Positions 45,068 through 54,102 of a stretch of 54,102 nt of DNA are shown one piece after another. This DNA is from Candidatus Deferrimicrobiaceae bacterium (GTDB lineage: Bacteria; Desulfobacterota; Deferrimicrobia; Deferrimicrobiales; Deferrimicrobiaceae): positions 1 through 54,102 of the forward strand of contig JBAULH010000068.1 of the NCBI GenBank assembly GCA_049578085.1, given 5' to 3'. Positions within the stretch are counted from its first letter, which is position 1. Each line of letters starts with the position of its first letter. The position numbers were made by a program, and so were the translations under genes. Under the pieces are notes generated by a model. That model did not search any database and had not been told where the DNA came from. It saw nothing but the letters and a program-made list of their open reading frames with translations.

Positions 45068-46342
45068 TTATTTCGCCATTTCGGCGTACTTTTGCGCGTT
45101 CTCCCGGTCGCCGATCGCCTCGTACGACTTCGACAGCATCGCTGCCGCCTGCTTGGTCGGGAGCAGGTCCATGCTCCGGGACAGCTCCGGGATCGCCGCG
45201 CGGTATTCGTTCTTCTGGTAGTGCAGCGCACCGAGCAGGAGATGGGGCTCGAAGAACTCGTCGTCCAGGCGGATTGCCTTGCGGAGCGGACCTTCCGCGG
45301 CGGCGTAGTTCTTCCGGATCAGGTGCACCCTGCCGATCGACGAGGGAAACGGCGCCTGGGAAGGCTCGCGGGCGGCCGCCGCCTCGTACTTGGCAAGCGC
45401 CTCCTCGTACCGCTTCTCATTGAGCAGCTTGTCCCCCTCGTCGGCGATGTCGTACGCCTTCTGGACTTCCCTCAGCTTCTTGGTCTTTTGGAGGAAGATT
45501 GTCTCGTTGAACGTATAGTTCGGGTTTCTCCCCGTGTCGGGGTATCGTTTTGCGATGTAGGCCCGGGCGTTGTCCAGCCTCTCCTTGGAGAAGGGGTGGG
45601 TCCGGAAGAGCCCCTCCACAAACATCGGGTTTTTCCCGCCCTCCAGCTCCGAATAGAAATATTCCTGAAGTTTTATGGCTCCTTCCGGGTTGTAGCCCGC
45701 CTTGACCATGTAGTCGATCCCCAGCCAGTCGGCCTCGCGTTCCTGCTCCCGCGAAAAGCCATTGTTGACAAGCGACGCGGTGATGCCGGATAGCTGCATC
45801 ACTCCTGTGCTTCCCCCCGTGGCGATCGAGACCCCGGCAAGGAGGACGTTGGACGCCAGGGCACGCTGGTATCCCGCCAGGGAGTGCTTGGCGGTTACGT
45901 GGCCGGTCTCGTGCCCGAGAACCGCCGCCATCTCCGCCTCGCTTTTCAGCCCCACGAGCAGGCCCCGGTTGATGACGATGAACCCGCCGGGCAACGCGAA
46001 GGCGTTCGGGACGGACGAGTTCAGGACCCGGTACCGGTAGTTCAGGCCGGGACGGTGCGACACGCGGGCCAGCCGCATTCCGACGGCCTGGACGTACGCC
46101 TCGAGGGCGCTGTCGCGGTAGAACCCCCCCTGCTGCTGCACGGCCGGCCCGTAGGCTTTCGCCCCCAGGGCGGCCTCCTCCTCCGGCGAGAAGGAGACGA
46201 GAGAGAGTTCCGACCTTCCCGTGACGGGATTGACGGCGCAGGCGTACACCGCGAGGGCCAACGCGGCAAATGCGAACAGGGAAAGGGCGATGCCCCGCAG
46301 CGCTCGATGCTCCATCCTTGGCACCTCCTGATCCGAAACCAT
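45068..46342 (-). CDS. M48-family zinc metalloprotease with C-terminal TPR repeats (BepA-like)
   Basis: N-terminal signal/anchor, HETGHVTAKH (HExxH), a downstream EREAD, and TPR-like repeats (YEEALAKYEAAAA..., LLGALHYQKNEYRAAI). Confidence 0.85.
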   Translation of the reverse strand: MVSDQEVPRMEHRALRGIALSLFAFAALALAVYACAVNPVTGRSELSLVSFSPEEEAALGAKAYGPAVQQQGGFYRDSALEAYVQAVGMRLARVSHRPGLNYRYRVLNSSVPNAFALPGGFIVINRGLLVGLKSEAEMAAVLGHETGHVTAKHSLAGYQRALASNVLLAGVSIATGGSTGVMQLSGITASLVNNGFSREQEREADWLGIDYMVKAGYNPEGAIKLQEYFYSELEGGKNPMFVEGLFRTHPFSKERLDNARAYIAKRYPDTGRNPNYTFNETIFLQKTKKLREVQKAYDIADEGDKLLNEKRYEEALAKYEAAAAREPSQAPFPSSIGRVHLIRKNYAAAEGPLRKAIRLDDEFFEPHLLLGALHYQKNEYRAAIPELSRSMDLLPTKQAAAMLSKSYEAIGDRENAQKYAEMAK

Positions 46343-46471
46343 GCGATAGTTGGCTTTCTTTCATTATTTCACGCCCCCCCCGGGGGCGGCAACCGGGGAC
46401 GGGTGCGTTGGACGATGCCGGCGCGTCTGATATATAAGAAAACCAGGGAAATCTCGCTGAGGAGGGACCCG

Positions 46472-47551
46472 ATGGGACGGAAGAAATCGAGAAAACGGAT
46501 CAAGCGATGGCTTCCTGCCGGGACGCGGCCGGGGACCCTGGTGGCCCACGATGAGGCGGGGACGGAGCCTGCCCAGATCCACATGTTCTTGTATGATCCG
46601 GAGCGGTGCGAGGAGAGGGTCCTGCGTCCGGAGGAAATCCCGTCCCTCTTCGTTCCGGAAAAGGGTGTCCTTTGGCTCGACATCTGGGGGCTATCCGATA
46701 CCGGCGTCGTGAAGGCGGTCGGGGACCGGTTCGGCTTCCACCCTCTCGCCCTGGAGGACGTTCTGAACATCCCCCAGCGCCCCAAGGTAGACCGGTACGA
46801 GAACCACCTCTTCATCATCCTGCGCGAGGTCACGTATCCGGTGGAGACGGAGCAGATGAGCATGTTCCTCTCCAACCGCCTGGTGGTGACCTTCCAGGAG
46901 CGGCCGGGAGACCCTTTCGACCCGATCCGCGACCGCCTGCGGAAAGGATTGGGCAGGATCCGCTCCCTGGGGGCGGACTTCCTTCTCTACTCCCTGTGTG
47001 ACGCCGTCGTCGACTCCATCTTTCCGACGCTGGAGAATCTGGGTGAGGAGGTGGAGACACTGGAGGAGGCAGTGATCAGCACCCCCGCCCCCGAGACTCT
47101 GCGGGAGATCCGCGGGGTCAAGAAGCAGCTGCTGGAGGTCCGTCGCGCCATCTGGCCCGCCCGCGACGCCATGAGCGAGCTGTTGCGCGAGGACTCCGAC
47201 CTGATCCGGCCCGGGACCCGGGTGTTCCTGCGGGACTGCTACGACCACACGATCCAGGTGATGGACATGATCGAGACGTACAGGGAGATGGCGGCGAGCC
47301 TGGTCGACGAGTACATTTCCTCCGTGTCCAACCGGATGAACGAGATCATGAAGGTCCTCACCATCATGGCGACGATCTTCATTCCCCTTACCTTCATTGC
47401 CGGTGTGTACGGGATGAACTTCGACCATCAGGCCTCGCCGTACAATATGCCGGAACTGTACACGCAGTACGGCTACCCGGCCGTCCTGATCGTGATGGCG
47501 TTGGTTGCGGGGGGATTACTCTGGTACTTCCGGAAGAAGAAGTGGTTCTGA
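46472..47551 (+). CDS. corA: CorA magnesium/cobalt transporter
   Basis: ATG 46472 lies inside track ORF 45884..47551. HPLALEDV, two C-terminal TM segments, and the YGMNF signature. Confidence 0.9.
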   Translation: MGRKKSRKRIKRWLPAGTRPGTLVAHDEAGTEPAQIHMFLYDPERCEERVLRPEEIPSLFVPEKGVLWLDIWGLSDTGVVKAVGDRFGFHPLALEDVLNIPQRPKVDRYENHLFIILREVTYPVETEQMSMFLSNRLVVTFQERPGDPFDPIRDRLRKGLGRIRSLGADFLLYSLCDAVVDSIFPTLENLGEEVETLEEAVISTPAPETLREIRGVKKQLLEVRRAIWPARDAMSELLREDSDLIRPGTRVFLRDCYDHTIQVMDMIETYREMAASLVDEYISSVSNRMNEIMKVLTIMATIFIPLTFIAGVYGMNFDHQASPYNMPELYTQYGYPAVLIVMALVAGGLLWYFRKKKWF

Positions 47552-47607
47552 CGATCCCAGACGAATTCCAGGCCGCGCAGCAAACCGCTGCAGCACGCCC
47601 GAGCGGA

Positions 47608-49020
47608 CTATTCTCCGCCTCCGCCCAACGCCGCGTAAAGCCTCACCTGGTTGGCGATCCCCGCCAGGCGGACCTCGATCAGCGCCCGTTGCGCCGCGTA
47701 GAGGGACCGCTGCGCATCGTGGACCCCGAGGCTGTCGTCGATTCCCTTTTCGAAGCGCACGGTGGAGAGGCGATAGGTCCGCTCGTTCGCATCGACCAGG
47801 GATTGCTGCGCCGCGATCTGCCGGTTCACCGTACCCCGCACGGCAAGGGCGTCCGCCACTTCCCGGAAAGCGGACTGGATGGCCCTCTGGTATTGGGCAA
47901 CGGCGATTTCCCTGTCCACCCTGCTCACCGCAAGCGCGGGCCAGGTCCGGGCGTCGAAAATCGGCAGGACGGCCTCGGGTGCGAACGTCCAGGCGTCGGA
48001 TCCGGCGCCGAAGAGGCCGGAGAGCTCCCCGCTCGCCGTCCCGAACGCGGCGGTCAGGGAGATGCGGGGGAAGAACGCCGCGCGGGCGGCGCCGATGTCG
48101 GCGTACGTCCCTTTGAGCCGATGTTCCGCGGCGAGAATATCGGGCCGACGCAGGAGCACCTCGGAAGGAAGGCCCGCGGAAATCTCCCTGGGAGGAAGGA
48201 CGCTTTCCAGGCCTTCAGGCAGCAAGTCGCTCGGCACCTTCGCTCCGGACAGGAGGTCCAGGGCGTTCTCGCCCTGCGCCACCAGCTGCATGAAGCGGGC
48301 GACGTCGGCACGCGCCTGATCCACGCTTATCTGGGCGCGCCGCAGATCCAGCTCGGACACAAGCCCGAGCTGGTAGCGCCGCCGGACCAAGTCGTAGGTG
48401 GCCTGCTGGGTTTCCAGGGTGGACTCGGACAGCCGTAAGTTTTCCCGGTCCGCGGCGAGGACCAGGTACGCGTTGGCGACGTCGGAAACGACCAGGATCC
48501 GAGCGCTCCGGCGGGCCTGCTCCGTTGCCAGATATTCCTCCAGCGCCTGATCCTCCAGGCTGCGGATCCGTCCGAAGAAATCGATCTCCCAGGAGGGGAC
48601 GCTCAGGTTGACATCGTATCGCGTGGTCGTGATCGCTCCTCCACTGCCCCCGAACGTCGAGGCGGGCACGCGCTGCTTCCTCCCGCTGCCGACCGCCTCG
48701 AACGTCGGGAACAGCTCGCCGCGCCCGATACCATAGAGCCCGCGCGCCCTTTCCACGTTCAGGGCGGCCAGTTTCAGGTCCCGGTTGTTGTTCAAGGCCA
48801 TCTCGATGATCTCTTGAAGCTTTCGGTCAGGGAAGAAATCCCGCCACCCCAGGTCCGCGGCTGCCGGAGCACCGGGCGCTGTCACGATGTCCCGGTACGC
48901 GGGACCCTTCGGCCAGTCCGCGGGGACCGGTGCTTCAGGCCGGGTATAGTTCGGAGCCAGGGAACATCCGGCCAGGAAGACGGCCAGGCCAGCCGGCAGA
49001 AGAAGGATTTTCGCGTTCAT
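47608..49020 (-). CDS. RND efflux outer-membrane factor lipoprotein (NodT family)
   Basis: Lipobox LAGC, two OEP repeats, and a start that overlaps the RND pump stop (ATGA). Confidence 0.85.
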   Translation of the reverse strand: MNAKILLLPAGLAVFLAGCSLAPNYTRPEAPVPADWPKGPAYRDIVTAPGAPAAADLGWRDFFPDRKLQEIIEMALNNNRDLKLAALNVERARGLYGIGRGELFPTFEAVGSGRKQRVPASTFGGSGGAITTTRYDVNLSVPSWEIDFFGRIRSLEDQALEEYLATEQARRSARILVVSDVANAYLVLAADRENLRLSESTLETQQATYDLVRRRYQLGLVSELDLRRAQISVDQARADVARFMQLVAQGENALDLLSGAKVPSDLLPEGLESVLPPREISAGLPSEVLLRRPDILAAEHRLKGTYADIGAARAAFFPRISLTAAFGTASGELSGLFGAGSDAWTFAPEAVLPIFDARTWPALAVSRVDREIAVAQYQRAIQSAFREVADALAVRGTVNRQIAAQQSLVDANERTYRLSTVRFEKGIDDSLGVHDAQRSLYAAQRALIEVRLAGIANQVRLYAALGGGGE

Positions 49021-52000
49021 TTCGCCGGACCTCCGGGGGGAGGGATGTCGGCGCTCGTCGCCACTCGACGTACGCGGCGCTTCCCGAGGGTGCTTTCGAT
49101 CAACACGTAAAAAAGCGGCGCGAAGAGCGTCACCAGGAAGGTGGCGGTCACCACCCCGCCGAGGACTGCTGTGCCGATGGCGTTTTGCGCTCCGGCCCCC
49201 GCCCCGTTCGCAAGGGTCAGGGGCAGGACCCCGAATCCCAGGGCCAGCGAGGTCATGACGATGGGACGAAGCCGCAATTTCGCCCCTTCCAGGGTTGCCT
49301 CGATCAGCCCCATCCCCGCATCTGCACCGGCCTTTGCGAACTGGACGATCAGGATGGCGTTCTTGGTGGTCAACCCGAGGGTGGTCAGCAGCCCGATCTG
49401 GAAATAGACGTCATTGGGCAATCCCCGCAGAGAAGAGGCGACCACTCCGCCGATGGCTCCCAGGGGAAGGGCCAGCATGATGGATATGGGGATGGGCCAG
49501 CTCTCGTACAGTGCCGCAAGGCACAGGAAGATCACGAGCACGGAGAAGGCGTACAGTACAGGGGCCTGGGAGCCGGTCAGCCGCTCCTGGTAGGAGATCC
49601 CGCTCCAGTCGAAGCCGATCCCGCGGGGCAGCTTCGCGGCGATCTCTTCCATGGCCTGCATCGCCTCACCCGAGCTTTTGCCCTGCGGTGCCTCCCCCCA
49701 GATGTTGATCGACGGGAAGGCGTTGTACCGCTGCAGCTGCGGGGATCCGTAGGTCCAGTGCCCCGAGGCGAACGAGGCGAACGGCGTCATCGCGCCCGCG
49801 CTGTTGCGAACGTACACCCGCTCCAGGTCGGTGGGCAGTCTACGGAAGGGAGCGTCGGCCTGCACGAACACCCTCTTGATTCGCCCGCCCTGGATGAAGT
49901 CGTTCACGTAGGCGCTGCCGAAGGACGCCGAGATCGTGTCGTGGATGGCGTCGATGGGTACCCCCATGGCGCCGGCCTTCTCCCAGTCCACGTCGATCCG
50001 GTACTCGGGCACATCCTCCAGGCCGTTCGGGCGGACGCGGGTCAGTCTCGGATCCCGGGCGGCCATGCCGAGCAACCGGTTGCGGGCCTCGATCAACGCG
50101 TCGTGGCCCAAGCCCCCCCGGTCCTGCAACTGGAAATCGAACCCGCCCGATCGGCCCAGCTCGCGGACGGCCGGCGGAGCGAACGCGTACGCTTTTGCAT
50201 TGCGGATCTTCGAGAACTCCTTCATGGCGCGGACCACGACGGCGGTTACCTTCAGGTCCGGACGGTCGCGCAGCTCCCAGTCCCGCAGCTTGATGAACGC
50301 GAACCCCGAGTTCTGCGCGACGCCGGCGAAGCCGCGCCCGGTGATCGTGAAAATGGCCTCCACCGCTTCCTTTTCCTTTTCCTCGAAGTAGCGTTGGATC
50401 CGATCCATGACCGCCTGGGTCTGCTCGAGGGTCGAACCCGCCGGAAGCAGGACCTGGGCGTACATCGAGCCCTGGTCCTCGTTGGGGAGATAGGCGGTGG
50501 GCATCCGCCGGAACAGCAGTCCCAGGGCCGCGGTGATCAGCAGGAACACCAGGAGGAACCGCAGTTTCCGCTTGAGAGTGTAGCCTACGAGTTTCAGATA
50601 CAGGTCCCTGGCCCGGAAAAAGGTACGGTCGAACCACCGGAAAAAGACCCGGAGGAAGGGGATCCCGGTCCCGGTCGCCTCCTCCCCCTTGTGCACCGGC
50701 TTGAGAAGCGATGCGCACAGTACCGGGGTGAGGATCAGGGCCACCAACACCGACAGAAGCATGGCGGCGATGATGGTCACGGAGAACTGGCGGTAGATGA
50801 CCCCGGTGGAGCCGCCGAAGAACGCCATGGGGCCGAACACGGCCGAGAGCACCAGCCCGATTCCGATCAAGGCGCTGGTGATCTGGTCCATGGACCTGGC
50901 GGTGGCCTCCCTGGGCGGGAGTCCTTCCTCGCTCATGATCCGTTCCACGTTTTCCACGACCACGATGGCGTCGTCCACCAGGAGGCCGATGGCGAGCACC
51001 ATCCCGAACATGGTCAGCATATTGATGGAGAACCCGAAAAGCCCCAGCACTGCGAAGGTCCCCAGGATCACCACCGGGACCGCGATGGTCGGGATCAGGG
51101 TGGCACGGAGGCTCCCCATGAACAGGTACATCACGAGGAAGACGAGCACGATCGCCTCAAAAAGTGTCTTGAACACCTCGCGGATCGCCACCTTCACGAA
51201 GGGCGTCGTGTCGTAGGGATAGATGACCTTCATTCCCGGAGGGAAGTACCTGGCCATCTCCGCCATTTTCGCCTTGACGCCATCGGCGGTGTCCAGGGCG
51301 TTGGCACCGGCGGCCTGCCGGACCGCGAGAGCGGCTGCGGGCTTGCCGCCGAACAGGATGTTGGACCCGTACTGCTCGGTGCCCAGCTCCGTCCGTCCCA
51401 CGTCCCTCACACGTATGATGGAGCCGTCGGGGTCGACGCGCAGAGGGATGGCGCCGAACTCCTCCGGGGTGCGAAGCAGGCTCTGAACGATGATGGACGC
51501 GTTCAACCGCTGGCCTTCGAGCGCGGGCGCCCCGCCGAACTGGCCCGCGGAAACCTCCACGTTATAGGACTGCAGGGCGCGAACGACATCGTCCGTCGTC
51601 AAGCGGTACGAGGTCAGCTTGCCGGGGTCGAGCCAGATCCGCATGGCATATGGGGAACTGAAGGTCTCCACCTCGCCCACGCCGGGCACCCGCGCGAGCA
51701 CCTTTTCCAGGTTGGACTGTGCGTAGTCCCCCAGGTCGAACGTATCCATGCTGCCGTCTTCCGAGACCAGGCCCACGACCAGCAGCCAGTTCCGGGTGGA
51801 CTTGCTCACGGTAACCCCTTGGCGCTGCACCACCTCCGGCAGGCTCGGAATGGCTAGCTGGAGCTTGTTCTGCACCTGGGCCCAGGCCAGGTCCGGATCG
51901 GTCCCCGGAGCAAAGGTGAGCTCGATTCTCCCGGCACCGGACGCGTCGCTGGTCGCGGACATGTACAACAGCTTGTCGAACCCGATCATCTTCTGCTCGA

Positions 52001-52196
52001 TGATCTGGACCACGCTGTCCTCCACCGTCTGGGCGGCGGCACCGGGGTAGAACGCGGTAATGGCGATCGACGGCGGGGCGATGGGCGGATATTGCGAGAC
52101 AGGCAGGTTATAGATCGCCAGGCCGCCTGCAACCATCATGATGATGGCGATGACCCAGGCGAAGACGGGGCGGTCCAGGAAAAATCGCGAAAGCAT
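49017..52196 (-). CDS. RND multidrug efflux permease (AcrB/HAE1 family)
   Basis: The start MLSRFFLDRPVFAWVIAIIMM is at 52196 within track ORF 49017..52367. About 1059 aa, 12-TM architecture, two large periplasmic loops. Confidence 0.9.
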   Translation of the reverse strand: MLSRFFLDRPVFAWVIAIIMMVAGGLAIYNLPVSQYPPIAPPSIAITAFYPGAAAQTVEDSVVQIIEQKMIGFDKLLYMSATSDASGAGRIELTFAPGTDPDLAWAQVQNKLQLAIPSLPEVVQRQGVTVSKSTRNWLLVVGLVSEDGSMDTFDLGDYAQSNLEKVLARVPGVGEVETFSSPYAMRIWLDPGKLTSYRLTTDDVVRALQSYNVEVSAGQFGGAPALEGQRLNASIIVQSLLRTPEEFGAIPLRVDPDGSIIRVRDVGRTELGTEQYGSNILFGGKPAAALAVRQAAGANALDTADGVKAKMAEMARYFPPGMKVIYPYDTTPFVKVAIREVFKTLFEAIVLVFLVMYLFMGSLRATLIPTIAVPVVILGTFAVLGLFGFSINMLTMFGMVLAIGLLVDDAIVVVENVERIMSEEGLPPREATARSMDQITSALIGIGLVLSAVFGPMAFFGGSTGVIYRQFSVTIIAAMLLSVLVALILTPVLCASLLKPVHKGEEATGTGIPFLRVFFRWFDRTFFRARDLYLKLVGYTLKRKLRFLLVFLLITAALGLLFRRMPTAYLPNEDQGSMYAQVLLPAGSTLEQTQAVMDRIQRYFEEKEKEAVEAIFTITGRGFAGVAQNSGFAFIKLRDWELRDRPDLKVTAVVVRAMKEFSKIRNAKAYAFAPPAVRELGRSGGFDFQLQDRGGLGHDALIEARNRLLGMAARDPRLTRVRPNGLEDVPEYRIDVDWEKAGAMGVPIDAIHDTISASFGSAYVNDFIQGGRIKRVFVQADAPFRRLPTDLERVYVRNSAGAMTPFASFASGHWTYGSPQLQRYNAFPSINIWGEAPQGKSSGEAMQAMEEIAAKLPRGIGFDWSGISYQERLTGSQAPVLYAFSVLVIFLCLAALYESWPIPISIMLALPLGAIGGVVASSLRGLPNDVYFQIGLLTTLGLTTKNAILIVQFAKAGADAGMGLIEATLEGAKLRLRPIVMTSLALGFGVLPLTLANGAGAGAQNAIGTAVLGGVVTATFLVTLFAPLFYVLIESTLGKRRVRRVATSADIPPPGGPAK

Positions 52197-53422
52197 CACT
52201 CGCTCCCGTTCGATCCCGCGGTTGTCCGGGCCGCATCTCCCGATGCGGCTTCCTGATCCTTGCCGGGAACCCAGGGCACCACTTTCACCGAATCGCCGGG
52301 CCGCACATTCTGCAACCCTTCGACGATCATCCGGTCGCCGGGCGAAAGGCCGGAGGAGACCAGCCATTTGTCCTCGATGGCCCGGTCGAGGTGAAGCATC
52401 CGTTGCTCGACCTTCCCCGTCCCGTCCACGACCAGTGCCATGGGATTCCCCTTCGGGTCACGCACGACCGCCTGCTGGGGAATCAGGATGGCCTGCTCGT
52501 TGACGCCCTCGGTCACGACCGCCCGGACATACATTCCCGGCAGGAGGACGCCGTCCGTGTTCGGGACGATGACCCGGAGGATGACGGATCCGGTGGTCGG
52601 ATCCACCGAAACGTCCCGGAACTTAAGCGTTCCTTCCGAAGAATAGGGAGTCCCATCCTCGAGGATGATCCTGACCTTGTTCTGCTTCGTCCCGTTTCTC
52701 TCGAGGCGGTGGTCCTCCAGGCGACGCTTCAAACGCAACAGTTCGGTGGTGGCCTGGGGAACGTCGACATATGTGGGATCCAGCTGCTGGATGCTGGCCA
52801 GGGGCACGGGCTGATGCGCCGTCACCAGGGCGCCCTCTGTCATGTTGGACTTGCCGATTCGGCCGGAGATCGGTGCGGTGAGGCGCGTATACCCCAGGTT
52901 GATGCGGGCCGTCTCGACGGTCGCTTTCCACAACAAGACTTCGGCCTCGGCCTGCTTGAGCGCTGCCGCCGCGTCATCGTAGTCCTGCCGGCTGACCGCA
53001 TTGTCGGCAAGCGCATCACGGTAGCGCTCCGCCTTGGACCGGACCGCCGGCAGGTTGGCCTCGGCCTTGCCCAGGGAGGCCATCGCATTCTCGAGCTCCG
53101 CCCGGAAGGGGGCGGGATCGATCTGGTAGAGCGCCTGGCCGGCCGTAACTTCCGCGCCTTCCGCAAACAGACGCCTCTGGATGAGCCCGTCCACCTGGGG
53201 GCGGATTTCGGCGATCCGGTAGGCGGAGGTGCGACCGGGCAGCTCCGTGGTCAGCACGACTCGCTGTGTTCCAACGGTCACGGTCGCGACTTCCGGAACG
53301 GATGGCGGAGCGGCCTGCCTCCCAGACGTGTTCTGGCAGCTCCCGAGCAGAAGACTGCTCGCCAGGGCGATGAATATCCTCGTCCGTTTCCGTCGTTCGC
53401 AACTCCTAATGGTAAATCGCAT
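52196..53422 (-). CDS. RND efflux periplasmic adaptor (membrane fusion protein)
   Basis: The start MRFTIRS is at 53422. Lipobox LLGSC, AcrA-like barrel-sandwich and coiled-coil regions (RPQVDGLI...AELENA...YTRLTAPISGRIG). The stop overlaps the pump start (TGATG). Confidence 0.85.
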   Translation of the reverse strand: MRFTIRSCERRKRTRIFIALASSLLLGSCQNTSGRQAAPPSVPEVATVTVGTQRVVLTTELPGRTSAYRIAEIRPQVDGLIQRRLFAEGAEVTAGQALYQIDPAPFRAELENAMASLGKAEANLPAVRSKAERYRDALADNAVSRQDYDDAAAALKQAEAEVLLWKATVETARINLGYTRLTAPISGRIGKSNMTEGALVTAHQPVPLASIQQLDPTYVDVPQATTELLRLKRRLEDHRLERNGTKQNKVRIILEDGTPYSSEGTLKFRDVSVDPTTGSVILRVIVPNTDGVLLPGMYVRAVVTEGVNEQAILIPQQAVVRDPKGNPMALVVDGTGKVEQRMLHLDRAIEDKWLVSSGLSPGDRMIVEGLQNVRPGDSVKVVPWVPGKDQEAASGDAARTTAGSNGSE

Positions 53423-53469
53423 CGGAACCCCCCAAGGTCGATGGATGAGCGTATCCGGTACGCAAATGT

Positions 53470-54102
53470 CTATCCGTCCGCGAAATCCCGGGCAAGCAAT
53501 CCCCGGAAAAACATGTCCAGAATGGCGTCCGGGGAATCCGGGAAAGGATGGCGTTCGGGCGCTTCGATCCACAACAGGAGAAAGGCGTTGATAACGGTGT
53601 CGAGAGCAACAGCGAGCTGGTACGGGCTGGCGATTTTTCTGAACCGTTTCTTCCTGATTCCCGCTTCGAACACGAGGGCAAGCTGTTCCAGAAAATTGTA
53701 ATAGCGTTTCCGTACCTCGTCGTTCAGGCTTGACTTGAGGTTGTAGCTTACCCCCCGGCTCTCGGCGATGTATAGCCGAATGAAGGGAAGGTTGGCGGAA
53801 TACATCTCCCCCTTGGTCCGCACATACTCCCGCAGCCTCTCGATCTCGTCTCCCGGCGCTTCGATCGCCTGCAGGAGAGCGTCGTGGAACCGGTCGGACT
53901 GCCCCAGAACAAGGGCCTGGTAGAGGTCCTCCTTGTTCCGGAAGAACTTGTAGAGCGTTCCGATGGCGAACTCGGCCCTCTGGGCGATCTCGTGCATGGA
54001 AACGTTGTGGTATCCTCTCTCCGAGAACAGCTCGAGCGCGGCGGCGATTATTTCCTGGCGCTGCCGCAATTTCTCCCGTTCCCGCCTCGGGAGTCTTTGC
54101 TC
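53470..54102 (-). CDS. TetR/AcrR-family transcriptional regulator; the 5' end may lie beyond the window edge
   Basis: HTH IIAAALELFSERGYHNVSMHEIAQRAEFAIGTLYKFF. The track start at 54069 is a TTG, but the frame stays open to base 54102. It is co-directional with the RND operon. Confidence 0.8.
   Translation of the reverse strand, partial: EQRLPRREREKLRQRQEIIAAALELFSERGYHNVSMHEIAQRAEFAIGTLYKFFRNKEDLYQALVLGQSDRFHDALLQAIEAPGDEIERLREYVRTKGEMYSANLPFIRLYIAESRGVSYNLKSSLNDEVRKRYYNFLEQLALVFEAGIRKKRFRKIASPYQLAVALDTVINAFLLLWIEAPERHPFPDSPDAILDMFFRGLLARDFADG

Noticed and set aside
1-54102. Many long alternative-frame or antisense ORFs in the track, for example 1043..1939(-), 1924..3060(-), 7451..9154(-), 8643..11069(-), 17057..18658(+), 38016..39584(+) and 48930..51857(+).
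   Set aside because: They are rich in Arg/Pro/Gly, lack recognisable motifs, and fully overlap well-supported genes. These are typical shadow ORFs of GC-rich DNA.
47608-54102. The tetR - MFP - RND - OMF operon as something unusual.
   Set aside because: It has a canonical tripartite efflux organisation with overlapping stop/start codons and lipoboxes. Nothing atypical was noticed beyond being cut by the window edge.
1-54102. A search by eye for tRNA/rRNA/tmRNA signatures (for example the GGTTCGAATCC T-loop), CRISPR-like regularly spaced repeats, transposase/integrase/recombinase genes and toxin-antitoxin pairs.
   Set aside because: None was found. The only regularly recurring sequences are the two intergenic repeat families and the 114-bp duplication reported above. 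A visual scan can miss divergent RNAs, so tRNAscan/Infernal should confirm.

Overview
This is a 54.1-kb, visibly very GC-rich (not computed), gene-dense bacterial window with about 50 protein-coding genes. I recognised no rRNA, tRNA, CRISPR array, transposase, integrase or phage gene. Base 1 coincides with the start of an internal 114-bp exact repeat and the length is odd, so this may be a complete assembled contig. The likely source is an uncultured anaerobe of deltaproteobacterial/Desulfobacterota-like type; that guess rests only on gene content and composition and is low confidence.

Content is mostly housekeeping:
- A ChlD-like / small ORF / ChlI-like / PaaI thioesterase / DUF815 ATPase cluster (1-4404).
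- A long co-directional string gatCAB-asmA-pncA-pncB-mtnA-glnE (7174-18872).
- A fused NapH/NapG-type polyferredoxin next to queC-queE-ilvE.
- CDF transporter, lapA-like, endonuclease III-like, plsC, MFS and nadE genes.
- DinB and PIG-L genes, an NFACT/RqcH homologue, and a fmdB-LOG-glutaredoxin operon.
- A secreted HAF-repeat protein.
- A minus-strand string M48 protease / AhbD-like radical SAM / hemE-hemH-hemY / GGDEF / Fe-S protein / yjbQ.
- corA, and a tetR-regulated RND efflux operon at the right edge.

I do not see a convincing new multi-gene defence or mobile system. The signals I consider most worth follow-up are:
1. Two families of structured intergenic repeats that ORF calling does not explain: a ~145-nt MITE-like element in 3 copies, and a REP-like hairpin family with a GGGGGACAYTC stem that even supplies C-terminal tails to pncA and hemH.
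2. A 183-nt imperfect palindrome with 6S-RNA-like architecture.
3. A hemEHY operon preceded by an AhbD/NirJ-type radical SAM gene. This suggests a hybrid coproporphyrin-dependent heme route with an oxygen-independent last step.
4. The orphan ChlI/ChlD-like module and the exact 114-bp repeat joining its two paralogs.

All functional calls come from motif recognition by eye, with no database search.
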